Assembly: GCA_964365915.1 (NCBI GenBank)
Contig: CAYIRJ010000004.1
Location: 1-47,359 of the forward strand
Source: Candidatus Woesearchaeota archaeon
Lineage (GTDB): Archaea; Nanobdellota; Nanobdellia; SCGC-AAA011-G17; DATDVL01
Length of the DNA: 47,359 nt
Direction: 5' to 3'
Shown: in pieces, positions 36,581 through 45,930 of the stretch
Position numbering within the stretch: position 1 is the stretch's first letter
How the letters are laid out: each line of letters opens with the position of its first letter
Program-made: the position numbers and the translations under genes
Notes under the pieces: model-generated
What the model was told of the DNA's origin: nothing
Database searches by the model: none
The model's input: only the letters and a program-made list of their open reading frames with translations

Positions 36581-37806
36581 TTTCTTCCTCCGCTTTTATC
36601 TAAGACTTCTGGTAGCATAGGAAGCGCTTCTGGAGTTAATCTCTCAGTTCCATACACCACTTCTCCTGTTATTTCTCCTTCTTTCCTGTTTATCTGGAGG
36701 CGAAGATGAGAACTTTTGAATTTTACTTTCCCGTTACCAATCTTTTCATCAATGTGCTCAGGCCGGACTAATGCATATGCTATCTGTGCATCCTCTGATG
36801 GCAATTTTATTCCGATGACTTCTCCTTCATTGTCTAAATTGAGAAAATCAAACTTCAGCACGGGTATTTCCTTGACGGTTCCTTCTGTGACTGTGATATC
36901 CCCCCAGTAATGTGCAGAAGTTCCCTTTGGGACAAAGAGGCTTGATTGCTTCGGCTGGACTGAGTTTTGACGCATCAATTCTTTCTTTTCTGCATCATAT
37001 TTTTGTTGCAAATCCAGAATGAGGCCATTGGTCCCTTTGATCATTTCCTTTGTGTTTCCCATGTCGTCAATTACTTTTTCTAGATTATTATTGACGGCAC
37101 CTAGGGAAGTCTCTACTCCTTCCACTCTTTCGTTCAATGTCCTTGTCATTCCTGCAGTCTTTTGCATATCTTGTGAGATCCTATTATAGGTTCCATCCTG
37201 TTTTCTTTGCATTCCGCGAAATTGGCGCTGCAATTCTCTTTTCTCTCTGCCTGCTGCATTCTTCACTTCATCCCGATATTGCTGCAATGTTTGCTGCTCT
37301 GCAGCATGCATCTGATCATGCACTTCCCATCCTTTTCTTGTTATGTAATATGCAGTAATACCCATAGCAAGTGCTGCAATGCCAATTCCTATTCCGAGAC
37401 CCCATCCTATTCTTTCTGGTAGTTGCGGTGGAACTTGTGGGACTGGGGCAGGTGGAGCTAGAGTTTGAGGAAGAACATAGATGGGTGGTTGATTTTTTCC
37501 TGCTTGCTTCACTTCTTCTCGTAACTGACCATAATTTTGCTGCGCTTCTGCCCGCAGAGCATCCACCTTTGCATGTAACCTTTCTTGATTCTTGTCTATT
37601 TTATCCATTCCTCTTAATCCTACTGCGGCAGCTTCTCCATATACTACTAATGTTTCTTTAGTGAGGTCATTCTCCTTGCGGTACTGTTCTTCAAATTTGT
37701 TTAGTGTGGTATTTACATTCTTCACATCTGTTGTTAAACCTGCAAGGGAGCATTCTATTCTAAGCCCTTGTTCGAGAATATCAGAGAAACTTCCGTCCGC
37801 AGTCAT
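36577..37806 (-). CDS. Coiled-coil membrane protein (409 aa)
   Basis: Long heptad-rich regions and one TM segment GWGLGIGIGIAALAMGITAYYI; overlaps the downstream gene by 4 nt. Confidence 0.55.
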   Translation of the reverse strand: MTADGSFSDILEQGLRIECSLAGLTTDVKNVNTTLNKFEEQYRKENDLTKETLVVYGEAAAVGLRGMDKIDKNQERLHAKVDALRAEAQQNYGQLREEVKQAGKNQPPIYVLPQTLAPPAPVPQVPPQLPERIGWGLGIGIGIAALAMGITAYYITRKGWEVHDQMHAAEQQTLQQYRDEVKNAAGREKRELQRQFRGMQRKQDGTYNRISQDMQKTAGMTRTLNERVEGVETSLGAVNNNLEKVIDDMGNTKEMIKGTNGLILDLQQKYDAEKKELMRQNSVQPKQSSLFVPKGTSAHYWGDITVTEGTVKEIPVLKFDFLNLDNEGEVIGIKLPSEDAQIAYALVRPEHIDEKIGNGKVKFKSSHLRLQINRKEGEITGEVVYGTERLTPEALPMLPEVLDKSGGRK

Positions 37807-37808
37807 AC

Positions 37809-38222
37809 TTATTTCCTTGTCCGAATATCAAACTTCTCTTTCCCACAGTCAACTTGTACCCGAGATTCTGGAGATTTTCGTTCTCCCATTGGGCCATATT
37901 GGGGATGGCTGGAAGCAGGTGCTGATGGCAAGGATTGCTGAATCATATGCTGCAATAATTGCTGGTACTGTTGCATGAGCATTTGTATTTGTACATCTCC
38001 CTGAGGCTGATATGTCGGTATAGGGATTATTGTCGAGGCATTTGCTGGCTGGTTCAGGACATAGCTTAGTCCAGATCCTTGAGGAACGCCTTGAAATACG
38101 AAAACTTGTGGTTCAGGTTTTTCACATTTCTTGCTACAATCTATGTTAATTCCTGGTGCAGTGCACGCGGCAAGCGCAATGCCTACTAAAGAACTTTCTG
38201 TTAATGCTTTGAACATCTTCAT
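37809..38222 (-). CDS. Secreted protein or lipoprotein
   Basis: Start at MKMFKALTESSLVGIALAAC (38222) with GGGGAGG 9-15 nt upstream. Lipobox LAAC; Cys-rich. Confidence 0.5.
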   Translation of the reverse strand: MKMFKALTESSLVGIALAACTAPGINIDCSKKCEKPEPQVFVFQGVPQGSGLSYVLNQPANASTIIPIPTYQPQGDVQIQMLMQQYQQLLQHMIQQSLPSAPASSHPQYGPMGERKSPESRVQVDCGKEKFDIRTRK

Positions 38223-38223
38223 T

Positions 38224-38754
38224 TTATTTTCCTCCCCTGCTTTGAGCATACTGTTCCACTTCATTGATCAAACCCACAAGATCGTCTTGCGACTGGACCT
38301 CGATATCATTCCAAAATGCATAAACCCCAGTATCACACGGATCTTTTGACCTTCCGAAATAGAAATGCGGACGGACGGTAGTTTCTCCATCATGATATAC
38401 AACCCATGCACGATCTCCCTCTTTTTCTCCATAGAAATGTTCTCTGACTTTTCCACCTACTATTAGTGCACATCTTTCCGGCGCTGCCTTTGCACGCTCT
38501 TCTAAGTTCTTTTTTTGTGAAGAAGCAGCTTCCTTTGGCTTTTTTTCTGGCTCTTCTATCAACTCGTCTGAATCCTTTGGCATGGAATCTGGGTTTTCAA
38601 CAAGGTACTCTTTGCCATTTTTATCAGTTTTTTCTTCCCTTCTCACTGTTTCTTGTGGTACATAGGCTTTATTGCAGTGAGTAGCAACAAGAATTCCCGC
38701 TAATCCTGCTAAAGTAAGTGTACTGGTGATCGCAGTATATTTTGCTGTATTCAT
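38224..38754 (-). CDS. Secreted protein or lipoprotein (176 aa)
   Basis: Signal peptide MNTAKYTAITSTLTLAGLAGILVATHC; charged linker. Confidence 0.55.
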   Translation of the reverse strand: MNTAKYTAITSTLTLAGLAGILVATHCNKAYVPQETVRREEKTDKNGKEYLVENPDSMPKDSDELIEEPEKKPKEAASSQKKNLEERAKAAPERCALIVGGKVREHFYGEKEGDRAWVVYHDGETTVRPHFYFGRSKDPCDTGVYAFWNDIEVQSQDDLVGLINEVEQYAQSRGGK

Positions 38755-38836
38755 TTTTCAAACCCCTCTTTTTTGCAAATGCTAAGATTATTTAAAGCTT
38801 TCTATTGTTCTTATCCTTAAGTGGTTACTTAGGTTG

Positions 38837-39703
38837 TTATGATTGGGTGGCTTTTGCTGTAAGTCCTAAGAAAGGTTCTACGCCAATGAATAGGTTAGGA
38901 TTTGCTCTTTGGGTTTCTACAAGATTGTCTAGAGACTGTAAACGCCGTATATCCATTGCTTTAGGATGTTGTTCGTAGAATTCTGCGGCTTTTGCATACT
39001 CTGCTGCCATTTCTGTTTCTTTTTTGGCCAAATTTAAACGTCCTTCTGCTTCTTCGGCTGCAAGAGTTGCTTCTGCTAATCTTGCCTCTAATTCAGGAGG
39101 GAGATCTATGCGACGGTATAATAGTGCATCTGCCGTTATCCCTAATTGTTCTATTGCGAATTTTTTTGTATCCTCAGAGAGGGTATCAATAGTCTTCTGT
39201 CCACCAACAGTTGCTTGCGCGAGTTCTCTCATTTCTTTTAACTTTTTAGAAAGCACGAATTGCCGCAAGTCTGCTTCTGCGCGATGAATGAGTAAAGTTT
39301 TATAATCAATCTTTTCTGATTCGCTATCATATGCGGCTTGTACAGTTTTTTTTGGATCAGTAATACGGTAATAAAGTGATGCTGACGCCGAAAGGACATC
39401 AATATAATCCCCAGTCTGCACTGTCTTTACCTCGATGTGTTCATTTCTTGGTCTTACGGTATTAATGACCATTCCGCTGCCCCATAATTTAGCTGGGCTA
39501 AAAATAATACGCCATCCTGCACCCTTTACTTCCTCACTTAATTTTCCCCTTCTCCAATAAATCCATTCTTGACCCGACCGTATTTGTAATAATTTAAGAA
39601 ATCTTGTTTCAATAATCATTTCTTCATGAGGACTTTCTAAATAGAACTTGTTTTGCGTATCTTCATCACTTGATTCTGAAAGTTCTGGCTCTTCTGTTGA
39701 CAT
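38837..39703 (-). CDS. SPFH/Band-7 (stomatin/prohibitin-like) domain protein
   Basis: VKTVQTGDYIDVLSASASLYYRITDPKKTVQAAYD..LRQFVLSKKLKEMRE resembles the SPFH core, followed by an Ala/Glu-rich coiled coil. Confidence 0.65.
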   Translation of the reverse strand: MSTEEPELSESSDEDTQNKFYLESPHEEMIIETRFLKLLQIRSGQEWIYWRRGKLSEEVKGAGWRIIFSPAKLWGSGMVINTVRPRNEHIEVKTVQTGDYIDVLSASASLYYRITDPKKTVQAAYDSESEKIDYKTLLIHRAEADLRQFVLSKKLKEMRELAQATVGGQKTIDTLSEDTKKFAIEQLGITADALLYRRIDLPPELEARLAEATLAAEEAEGRLNLAKKETEMAAEYAKAAEFYEQHPKAMDIRRLQSLDNLVETQRANPNLFIGVEPFLGLTAKATQS

Positions 39704-39824
39704 ATTATTTTACAGTCATTTCCCCTTTAAAAATCTTTCTTTTGTCGTCTTTTTATGGTGATTACAAATGCATAAGGTTTATATAGGAGTTCAACTATTA
39801 TGATTACTATTAAGTAGTATACTT

Positions 39825-40145
39825 ATGGAGAGAAAAATGGATGTTAAAACAAAAGTAAAAGAAAAGGGAAAGAAACATTGGAAATACGCAGTGGGTTTAG
39901 CAATTGGAATTCCCTTAGGTACGTGTGCAGGATCTTGCGCGGGCGAACCTGATAAATATTATAGAATAGATGCAACAGGAGACGGCAAGCAGGATATTGT
40001 CCTAGAAGACAGGGGCTATTGTTTTGGTCTTTGGGGTGTTGATCATTATGTCCTTACTAGAGATGGAAGCAAGAACCGTATCTTGGATGGGAAAACTCTT
40101 ATTGAACGCATTGCTGAAAATGCGGAGAATGTTGAGGTAGAATAA
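39825..40145 (+). CDS. Small membrane-anchored protein with DxTGDGxxD motif
   Basis: TM segment YAVGLAIGIPLGTCAGSCAG, then IDATGDGKQDIV (FG-GAP / calcium-binding-like). Confidence 0.5.
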   Translation: MERKMDVKTKVKEKGKKHWKYAVGLAIGIPLGTCAGSCAGEPDKYYRIDATGDGKQDIVLEDRGYCFGLWGVDHYVLTRDGSKNRILDGKTLIERIAENAENVEVE

Positions 40146-40146
40146 T

Positions 40147-40269
40147 ATGAAATGCGCTAAATGTTATTACATCTGGGAAAGCAGAATCGAAGATCCGAAA
40201 AGCTGTCCACGCTGCAAAACGCGCTTGGATTATGGAAAAGCTTTAGAAGCTGTAATGATAGGAGCATAA
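40147..40269 (+). CDS. 40-aa zinc-ribbon protein (CxxC..CxxC), not in the ORF track
   Basis: MKCAKCYYIWESRIEDPKSCPRCKTRLDYGKALEAVMIGA. Sits in a 125-nt gap between tightly packed co-oriented genes; the next ATG is 1 nt after its stop. Confidence 0.45.
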   Translation: MKCAKCYYIWESRIEDPKSCPRCKTRLDYGKALEAVMIGA

Positions 40270-40270
40270 T

Positions 40271-40582
40271 ATGAAAGAAGAAAATAGCAATACGGGAAGA
40301 ATCTTAGTACTTAGTTTTATTGGTGGAATCGCAGCTACGACCTGTGTTCGAACAGGTGATATCAAGGAGAGATTAAATGAAATAGATCAGAAACAGATAA
40401 GGTATATACAACATCAATTAGATGAATTAGACAAAAAAACGAAACAAGAAACCGTTACTTCAAGCAACGTTTTTGGTGATGAGAAACCAGAAACTTTTTA
40501 TGAAGTCAATGGCCAGCGCGCTTATCTTACCATTGACGGAAAACCTGTTGAAGAATATATAAGGGATATAAGGGAACGATAA
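40271..40582 (+). CDS. Small membrane-anchored hypothetical protein
   Basis: N-terminal TM segment ILVLSFIGGIAATTCV. Confidence 0.5.
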   Translation: MKEENSNTGRILVLSFIGGIAATTCVRTGDIKERLNEIDQKQIRYIQHQLDELDKKTKQETVTSSNVFGDEKPETFYEVNGQRAYLTIDGKPVEEYIRDIRER

Positions 40583-40584
40583 CA

Positions 40585-41226
40585 ATGGCAGAAACAAAAG
40601 AAACAAAGAAACCTGTATACACGCTTGAAAGCGCTCGCAAGAGCTTGCCTTTTACTGGGTATGGCATTCATAGACATCTTGTTGAAACGTATTCTGGCAT
40701 GCTGAAAAAGACCAAGGGATCACTTTACATTGATCCTCAACAGATTGAAGCCTTGAATAACGTTCTTGCTGAGGAAACAGAAAAGGCAGTTTTACGTGAA
40801 GTGGGAGTCAAAGAACTTGCAACTCCTGCTAAAGGTTCAGAAGCTATGGGTGCTTTTTTTCAACGTGCCTTGGGCTTGAAAGAACTTACCCCAAAATTTG
40901 GAAAAGATGGCTCGCTTCTTGGTGTTTATGAGCAGATTAACCGATTTACTCAAGGATATCGCCAACGCGTACAAAGTACTATGGTTCAGGAAATGCCTGG
41001 AGATGATAGAAAATCCCTTGCTGGAGAAATTCAGAAATACGGGAATTTCAAACTCAAAGAAGAAGTTGTAAATACTCCTGAAGCACTCGCTGCAGCTTGG
41101 GCCACCTACGAGAATATTAAACAAAGTGAAGAGAAGGATGAAGATAAGAAGTTCGCATTACGAAAAAGTCTTGAAAAACTGATCAAAGAAGAGGAAGAAA
41201 AACAAGAAATGAGGAAAGCTGCTTAA
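40585..41226 (+). CDS. Hypothetical protein (213 aa)
   Basis: ORF 2 nt after the previous stop; charged C-terminus. Confidence 0.5.
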   Translation: MAETKETKKPVYTLESARKSLPFTGYGIHRHLVETYSGMLKKTKGSLYIDPQQIEALNNVLAEETEKAVLREVGVKELATPAKGSEAMGAFFQRALGLKELTPKFGKDGSLLGVYEQINRFTQGYRQRVQSTMVQEMPGDDRKSLAGEIQKYGNFKLKEEVVNTPEALAAAWATYENIKQSEEKDEDKKFALRKSLEKLIKEEEEKQEMRKAA

Positions 41227-41237
41227 GGAGAAAAACC

Positions 41238-41534
41238 ATGAAAACATTACCAAAACTCGGATTGCTGGGATTATTGGGTGGTGGTTTAATGGGTTGTGGA
41301 GATGTAGGATATCAACCTGCTAATGAACCTCTCGAAAGAGATACTTCCCAGGATACTGTTCCTTTCTTTAACCAGTTTGGGGTGCTCTATCCTGTAGAGT
41401 CTACTTTTGGAATTGACTATCCAGTTAATTCCCTTGCTACTGGTGATTTTGATGGTGATGGGGATTTAGATCTTGCTGTGGGAAGTGAAGATGCGATAAT
41501 TATTTACGAGAACAAAATTCCTCAGAAGAAATAA
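41238..41534 (+). CDS. Small lipoprotein with FG-GAP-like DxDGDGDxD motif
   Basis: Signal/lipobox LLGLLGGGLMGC; TGDFDGDGDLDLAVG. Confidence 0.55.
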   Translation: MKTLPKLGLLGLLGGGLMGCGDVGYQPANEPLERDTSQDTVPFFNQFGVLYPVESTFGIDYPVNSLATGDFDGDGDLDLAVGSEDAIIIYENKIPQKK

Positions 41535-41535
41535 C

Positions 41536-41952
41536 ATGAAACTGTTGCAAACGCTGGGACTCATTGGTGCAGGATTAGCATCTTTGCTCCAGGGATGCAG
41601 TAAAACCCCTTCCGTTTCTATCAATAACAATGTCGTGCCGAAAGAAGGGGACAGGGCTATTCTGCAGTTACCCAGTCTGATTAAACCTCCTTACTACTAT
41701 GCCTATATCTGGGATTTAAATGGTGATGGGAACATTGATGAAGCAGTCCATGTCTATGACGTTGATCATCTCAACATAGGTGTAGATCTCAACAAATTGG
41801 CAGGAATTCTTAACACATTAAATAAAGAACAATGGGCTCATTTCCGAGCTGAGGATATTCAACAACCTTATTTTGTTACTCCTCAAACGCGAATCATGTC
41901 TGAAGACCAAAGAACATTTTTCACGCAATCCTATCAACGTTTGCAAAGATAA
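41536..41952 (+). CDS. Small lipoprotein with DxNGDGNxD motif (paralog of 41238-41534)
   Basis: Signal/lipobox LIGAGLASLLQGC; IWDLNGDGNIDEAVHVY. Confidence 0.55.
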   Translation: MKLLQTLGLIGAGLASLLQGCSKTPSVSINNNVVPKEGDRAILQLPSLIKPPYYYAYIWDLNGDGNIDEAVHVYDVDHLNIGVDLNKLAGILNTLNKEQWAHFRAEDIQQPYFVTPQTRIMSEDQRTFFTQSYQRLQR

Positions 41953-41953
41953 C

Positions 41954-42352
41954 ATGACTCATCCTACAAAACCTTCAGTTGAATTTAAGGAAGAACCCTT
42001 ACGCTATCTTTGTAATGAATCCTTCTTTGGATTACGAAAACTTTTTCCTGAACATTGGAACGATGGAAATATTGCATATATTGAAGGACTGATTGGAGGA
42101 TACTTTTTGGCAGATGCAGGCACAAGCCTTTATGGAGAAGCTGCTGTTCTTCCTAATATTAATCAACCTACGTTTTCACGCGATACAGAATTGCAAGGAA
42201 TAGTTAAAGGATCATTACTTGTCGAAGGCATTTACAGTTTAATTGCACCTAAGAAATTAAAACAATTCTGGAATGAAAATCCCATTTATTCCCGTGGCGC
42301 ACTCGGAACCATGATTGGCGCATCAGCACGAGGCATTCAACAACTTTTGTAA
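41954..42352 (+). CDS. Hypothetical protein (132 aa from internal Met)
   Basis: ATG 2 nt after the previous stop. The ORF-track start at 41873 overlaps the upstream gene. Confidence 0.45.
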   Translation: MTHPTKPSVEFKEEPLRYLCNESFFGLRKLFPEHWNDGNIAYIEGLIGGYFLADAGTSLYGEAAVLPNINQPTFSRDTELQGIVKGSLLVEGIYSLIAPKKLKQFWNENPIYSRGALGTMIGASARGIQQLL

Positions 42353-42353
42353 T

Positions 42354-43166
42354 TCACATTCCCTTTTTCTTCTCAATATATTCCTTCATTGCATGTACAA
42401 AATCCTCTGCCTTTTCCTTTAATTCATCGTAGTGCTTTCCAGAAATTTCCTTGATGTCGCGATGTACAATGTGCTTGAATGTTAGATACAGTTCTTGCAT
42501 GATCTTGGCATGCTTATGCTTAATATGGGTTCCTGCTAGTTTTCTTTCCACCATTTCAGCAACATGGCTCGGAGTGGGGGGAATCTCGCCTGCAGCCATT
42601 AAAGCAGCATGTGCAGCGTCAATAGCAGCCCAATACAAATCAATGGTTGCTCCGAGCAGGTGATCCCGCGACCTGGCAAGAGAAGCAGGAGCCAAGGTAA
42701 AATAGGTCCAGACTGATTCGTCTGTTGGTCTGATCCTTCCTTGTTCCAGCAATGCCTGCAGAGGATCAAAGAAGCCTGTGTCAATGACTGCAATGCCATA
42801 GCGCATGACATTAATGGCAACAGGATCGCCTGCACGCACATATTCCCACCAGGCAGTCAACTTCATGGACTGGACATGCAATCTCCTTGGATCGACATCA
42901 TTCATTGCCCTTGCCACGATAACCCGGTAAGCCTCGACCAATTCTTTATTGAACTGAAAACGGAGATCATCTACGATAATAAGAATGTCCAGATCGCGCT
43001 TCTTTCCTCCCGGATCCTTGACTGCAGAACCAAACAAGACCAAGGCGCGGATAAAATTGCCAAATTCCTTGTAAAGAATCTTAGCGAATTTCTGCGTGGT
43101 TTCAATATCCTCTGCAAGATAACGGGAGAAATTCCTCTGCTCACGCTGCGGAATAGAAAACTTCAC
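42354..43166 (-). CDS. Pol-beta-superfamily nucleotidyltransferase with helical C-terminal domain (paralog of 30645-32486)
   Basis: LFGSAVKDPGGKKRDLDILIIVDD (GS..D.D NTase motif). Shares DPLQALLEQGRIRPTDE and GEIPPTPSH with the larger paralog. TATA-like TATATAAAT at 43205-43213 on the promoter side. Confidence 0.7.
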   Translation of the reverse strand: MKFSIPQREQRNFSRYLAEDIETTQKFAKILYKEFGNFIRALVLFGSAVKDPGGKKRDLDILIIVDDLRFQFNKELVEAYRVIVARAMNDVDPRRLHVQSMKLTAWWEYVRAGDPVAINVMRYGIAVIDTGFFDPLQALLEQGRIRPTDESVWTYFTLAPASLARSRDHLLGATIDLYWAAIDAAHAALMAAGEIPPTPSHVAEMVERKLAGTHIKHKHAKIMQELYLTFKHIVHRDIKEISGKHYDELKEKAEDFVHAMKEYIEKKKGM

Positions 43167-43296
43167 GGTATCACCTCTGGACTAAAAGGCAGGAAAAGAG
43201 TATATAAATGTTATTCTTGATCTGGGCTAAGGCATCGAGAATTGAATTCCTTCATCCTCTTTCTGCTTGAAGCGCGACCTTCTTCAACGCTTTTTC

Positions 43297-43458
43297 TTAA
43301 TGATCAGCTTGTTCTTTACTTAACATTCCTGCAAATTTTAGAATACTTCCTTTATTTGTAATCCTCTTAATAACACCACTAAAGCTTTCATTTTCTCTTT
43401 TCTTGCTTGCAAGACGTTTGTATGCTTCTTCTGTGATCTTTATTTTTTTGGTAGCCAT
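43297..43458 (-). CDS. 53-aa VapB-like putative antitoxin (PF02697-like), not in the ORF track
   Basis: MATKKIKITEEAYKRLASKKRENESFSGVIKRITNKGSILKFAGMLSKEQADH matches the K.I.VsdEvYe.L...K...ESFSdvI consensus of archaeal putative-antitoxin proteins. Confidence 0.45.
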   Translation of the reverse strand: MATKKIKITEEAYKRLASKKRENESFSGVIKRITNKGSILKFAGMLSKEQADH

Positions 43459-43486
43459 GCTTATTTTCTTATTCGTAAAATTTTAT

Positions 43487-45355
43487 CTATTCTAATGGCA
43501 CTTGGCTCCAGAGCGTCCAGTCCTTGGAGGGGGCGAAATCTCCTACAATATAGCTGGGAGCCTGCGTTCTGCCGAAGTAACTGCCCTGAATATCTGTCCA
43601 TGCGCGTGACGTAGTATCTGTCCTGTAAATAGGAGAGGCATTCATTCCTAGGGCGCTTGTCCAGGGGGTATGGAACTGCCCTTGCTTTTGCCCACCTGGC
43701 TCTGCAATGATTTTTCCTTTATAGCCTGCTTTTTCTAGTTCCTTCAAAAATTCCTTAATCGGAGCATTGCCTTCTCCTGGACGGAGATGCTCGTCATGAA
43801 AACCAAAATTATCTGAAATATGCACATTGCCAAGAATGCCTTCTTCAAAAAGGGTTTTGACATTCTGCACTGCCCACTTTTTGAAATCCTCATCACTGCC
43901 TTCATAGTACTTCTTCCAAAAATTAAGATGGCCAATGTCAAACGTGCCTTTGATATGGTCATTTGCAATGCGCTTGGCATCTTCTGGATCTACTTCTTTC
44001 TTGATGAGCTCTTTCTCCATCTCCTTGCGCGCATCCACAATGAGCTCTTTCATTTCTTTGGGATGCGATCCGTACAATTCCGGAGTCCAGTTTTCAGGAG
44101 CTATCCATAAGGGCTTATCTAAGTCCTGCTTCTTTTCTACTTCATATGCATACAATGCAGCCTGCGCAAGATTATGTGCAGACTGTTCTTTTCCGTATTC
44201 TTCTATAGGCACGGTGTTTTCCAAGCGCTTCTTTGCTTCATCAATGCGGGATTGCGCAGCAAGTGCAGTTTGCTGGCCTGATTCCATCACCTTTTTCAGC
44301 CTGTCTTGCTCCTTTCCCAAATATTGCATAGGATCCAAGACTTGTGCAGGAAGAAATGGCTGGTTCTGGAATTTGAATGACTCCTTTAATATTGCCCATT
44401 TTTTTTCTTTCTCCTCTTCAGAACGATCAGGATTCTCAAAGATCGCGTCCTTTAGTTGCTTAAATTTCACATATTCCTGATGAGTACGTTCATAGAGCTC
44501 TTTTGCTTGGTCATACTGCGCTTCATATTCTCGTGCTTGCCCCTCTGCCTGCCTGATCTGTACCGCATTCTGCTCCTTGTAAAATTCCTTTGCAATTTTT
44601 CCTTCGTCTACGATGCCTTTTTTCTTTTGAATTTCAACATACTCTTTCCAAGGAACTGGCTTCAGCTCGATATCTCCTGTTTCCGTATGCTTGAACTCCT
44701 TCAATCCTATGCCTTCTTCCTTCCAGATGATGTTTCCTTCGTTGTCGAGAGGGCGATAAATGACTTCATCATTGCGCACGGTTTGAATGACTTCTCCGGT
44801 TTTCTTGTCCACCAGATAATGGCGCGCAGTCTCTTCTTCTTTTTCATATTGCCTGAACTTTCCAGGAGCTTTTTCTCCGTACCATTCACCCTCATCCACA
44901 TTATAGATGGGGCGGGGAAACTCATGTGTGTGCACGACTACTGGGCCGCCTTCAGCAACGTCTGCTGCAAACTCAATCGCGCGCTTCACTTCGTGAATGC
45001 TCTGCTCTGCTGCTTCCTTGGAAAATGACCTTCCATCAAAACCTGAAAGCGCTCCTAAATCTGGAGCTGCGTGGGTAGATAATTCAACCTCATTGATCTT
45101 TGCAAGCTGGCGCATCTCCTCGCGCTCGTCCTTGCCGTAACTTTCCGGAGTGTGACCTGTGGGGTTGGAACGTGACCCTTTGCCGCGACCGAAGAATCCC
45201 AATTCCACAGTGGAGGCGCCTAGGAAAATGTCTGCCTTTAATCCTTCTGCGACGTCTCCAATGCCATGGGAAATGCCAATGTTCTTCAAGTCTAAACGTA
45301 AATCTTCGTCAAAGATCCTATCGTTCGCGTTGAAATACTCATCTTCAAATGCCAT
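43487..45355 (-). CDS. Xylose-isomerase-like TIM-barrel (AP-endonuclease-2 superfamily) protein split by a ~300-aa charged coiled-coil insertion
   Basis: N-terminal region (…VELGFFGRGKGS…) and C-terminal FDIGHLNFW..GNVHISDNFGFHDEHLRPGEGNAPIKEFLKELEKAGYKGKIIAEPGG fit the sugar-phosphate isomerase/epimerase barrel. The middle region is K/E-rich and helical. Confidence 0.55.
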   Translation of the reverse strand: MAFEDEYFNANDRIFDEDLRLDLKNIGISHGIGDVAEGLKADIFLGASTVELGFFGRGKGSRSNPTGHTPESYGKDEREEMRQLAKINEVELSTHAAPDLGALSGFDGRSFSKEAAEQSIHEVKRAIEFAADVAEGGPVVVHTHEFPRPIYNVDEGEWYGEKAPGKFRQYEKEEETARHYLVDKKTGEVIQTVRNDEVIYRPLDNEGNIIWKEEGIGLKEFKHTETGDIELKPVPWKEYVEIQKKKGIVDEGKIAKEFYKEQNAVQIRQAEGQAREYEAQYDQAKELYERTHQEYVKFKQLKDAIFENPDRSEEEKEKKWAILKESFKFQNQPFLPAQVLDPMQYLGKEQDRLKKVMESGQQTALAAQSRIDEAKKRLENTVPIEEYGKEQSAHNLAQAALYAYEVEKKQDLDKPLWIAPENWTPELYGSHPKEMKELIVDARKEMEKELIKKEVDPEDAKRIANDHIKGTFDIGHLNFWKKYYEGSDEDFKKWAVQNVKTLFEEGILGNVHISDNFGFHDEHLRPGEGNAPIKEFLKELEKAGYKGKIIAEPGGQKQGQFHTPWTSALGMNASPIYRTDTTSRAWTDIQGSYFGRTQAPSYIVGDFAPSKDWTLWSQVPLE

Positions 45356-45363
45356 GCTTTACT

Positions 45364-45930
45364 TCAGATCCCCAATCTTTTATATTTTTCCGTTTTCTTC
45401 AGCTCGCGCTCTGCAGGACTTTTCGTAGCTTCTTCAAGCTGCTCTTGTGCAGTCTTTTCTGGCTTAAATGTTTCTGTAGGAGTGCCGCCAGGCTTCCATT
45501 CTGCTGGTTTATAACTTTCTTCTTTTCCATAGGCGGGACGTTCAGCTCCATACGTAATCACAGGAACAGGTTCCTCTTTCTTCACTGGAGTTTCTTCCAC
45601 TACAGTATCTAAGGTGGGAGTTTGCGCCTTGACTTCAGAAAAACGCCTTCTTTCCTCTCGCCCCCTTTCTTCTCGTGCTTCTGTTGATTCTGGCTGCAGG
45701 GCAAGTTCATCCACAGATTTTCCTAAAGATTTCCAGGGCTCTTGCTTTTTCTGCTTGATAGGATGCTCAAGATGGGGTGTAGGAGAAAAAGTTGCCAGCA
45801 GCTGCAGCATTTCCTGCTTGATTTTGGGATCCCCTACTGTGGATAATTCCTTCTCTATGGTAAGCCGCTGGTCTATAAGGGGGAGCTTCTTCAATGATTC
45901 CTTGAGCTTCATCCAGGAACGCTGATCCAT
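45364..45930 (-). CDS. Charged low-complexity hypothetical protein (188 aa)
   Basis: ORF 8 nt upstream of the TIM-barrel gene; E/K/P-rich, likely disordered. Confidence 0.45.
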   Translation of the reverse strand: MDQRSWMKLKESLKKLPLIDQRLTIEKELSTVGDPKIKQEMLQLLATFSPTPHLEHPIKQKKQEPWKSLGKSVDELALQPESTEAREERGREERRRFSEVKAQTPTLDTVVEETPVKKEEPVPVITYGAERPAYGKEESYKPAEWKPGGTPTETFKPEKTAQEQLEEATKSPAERELKKTEKYKRLGI

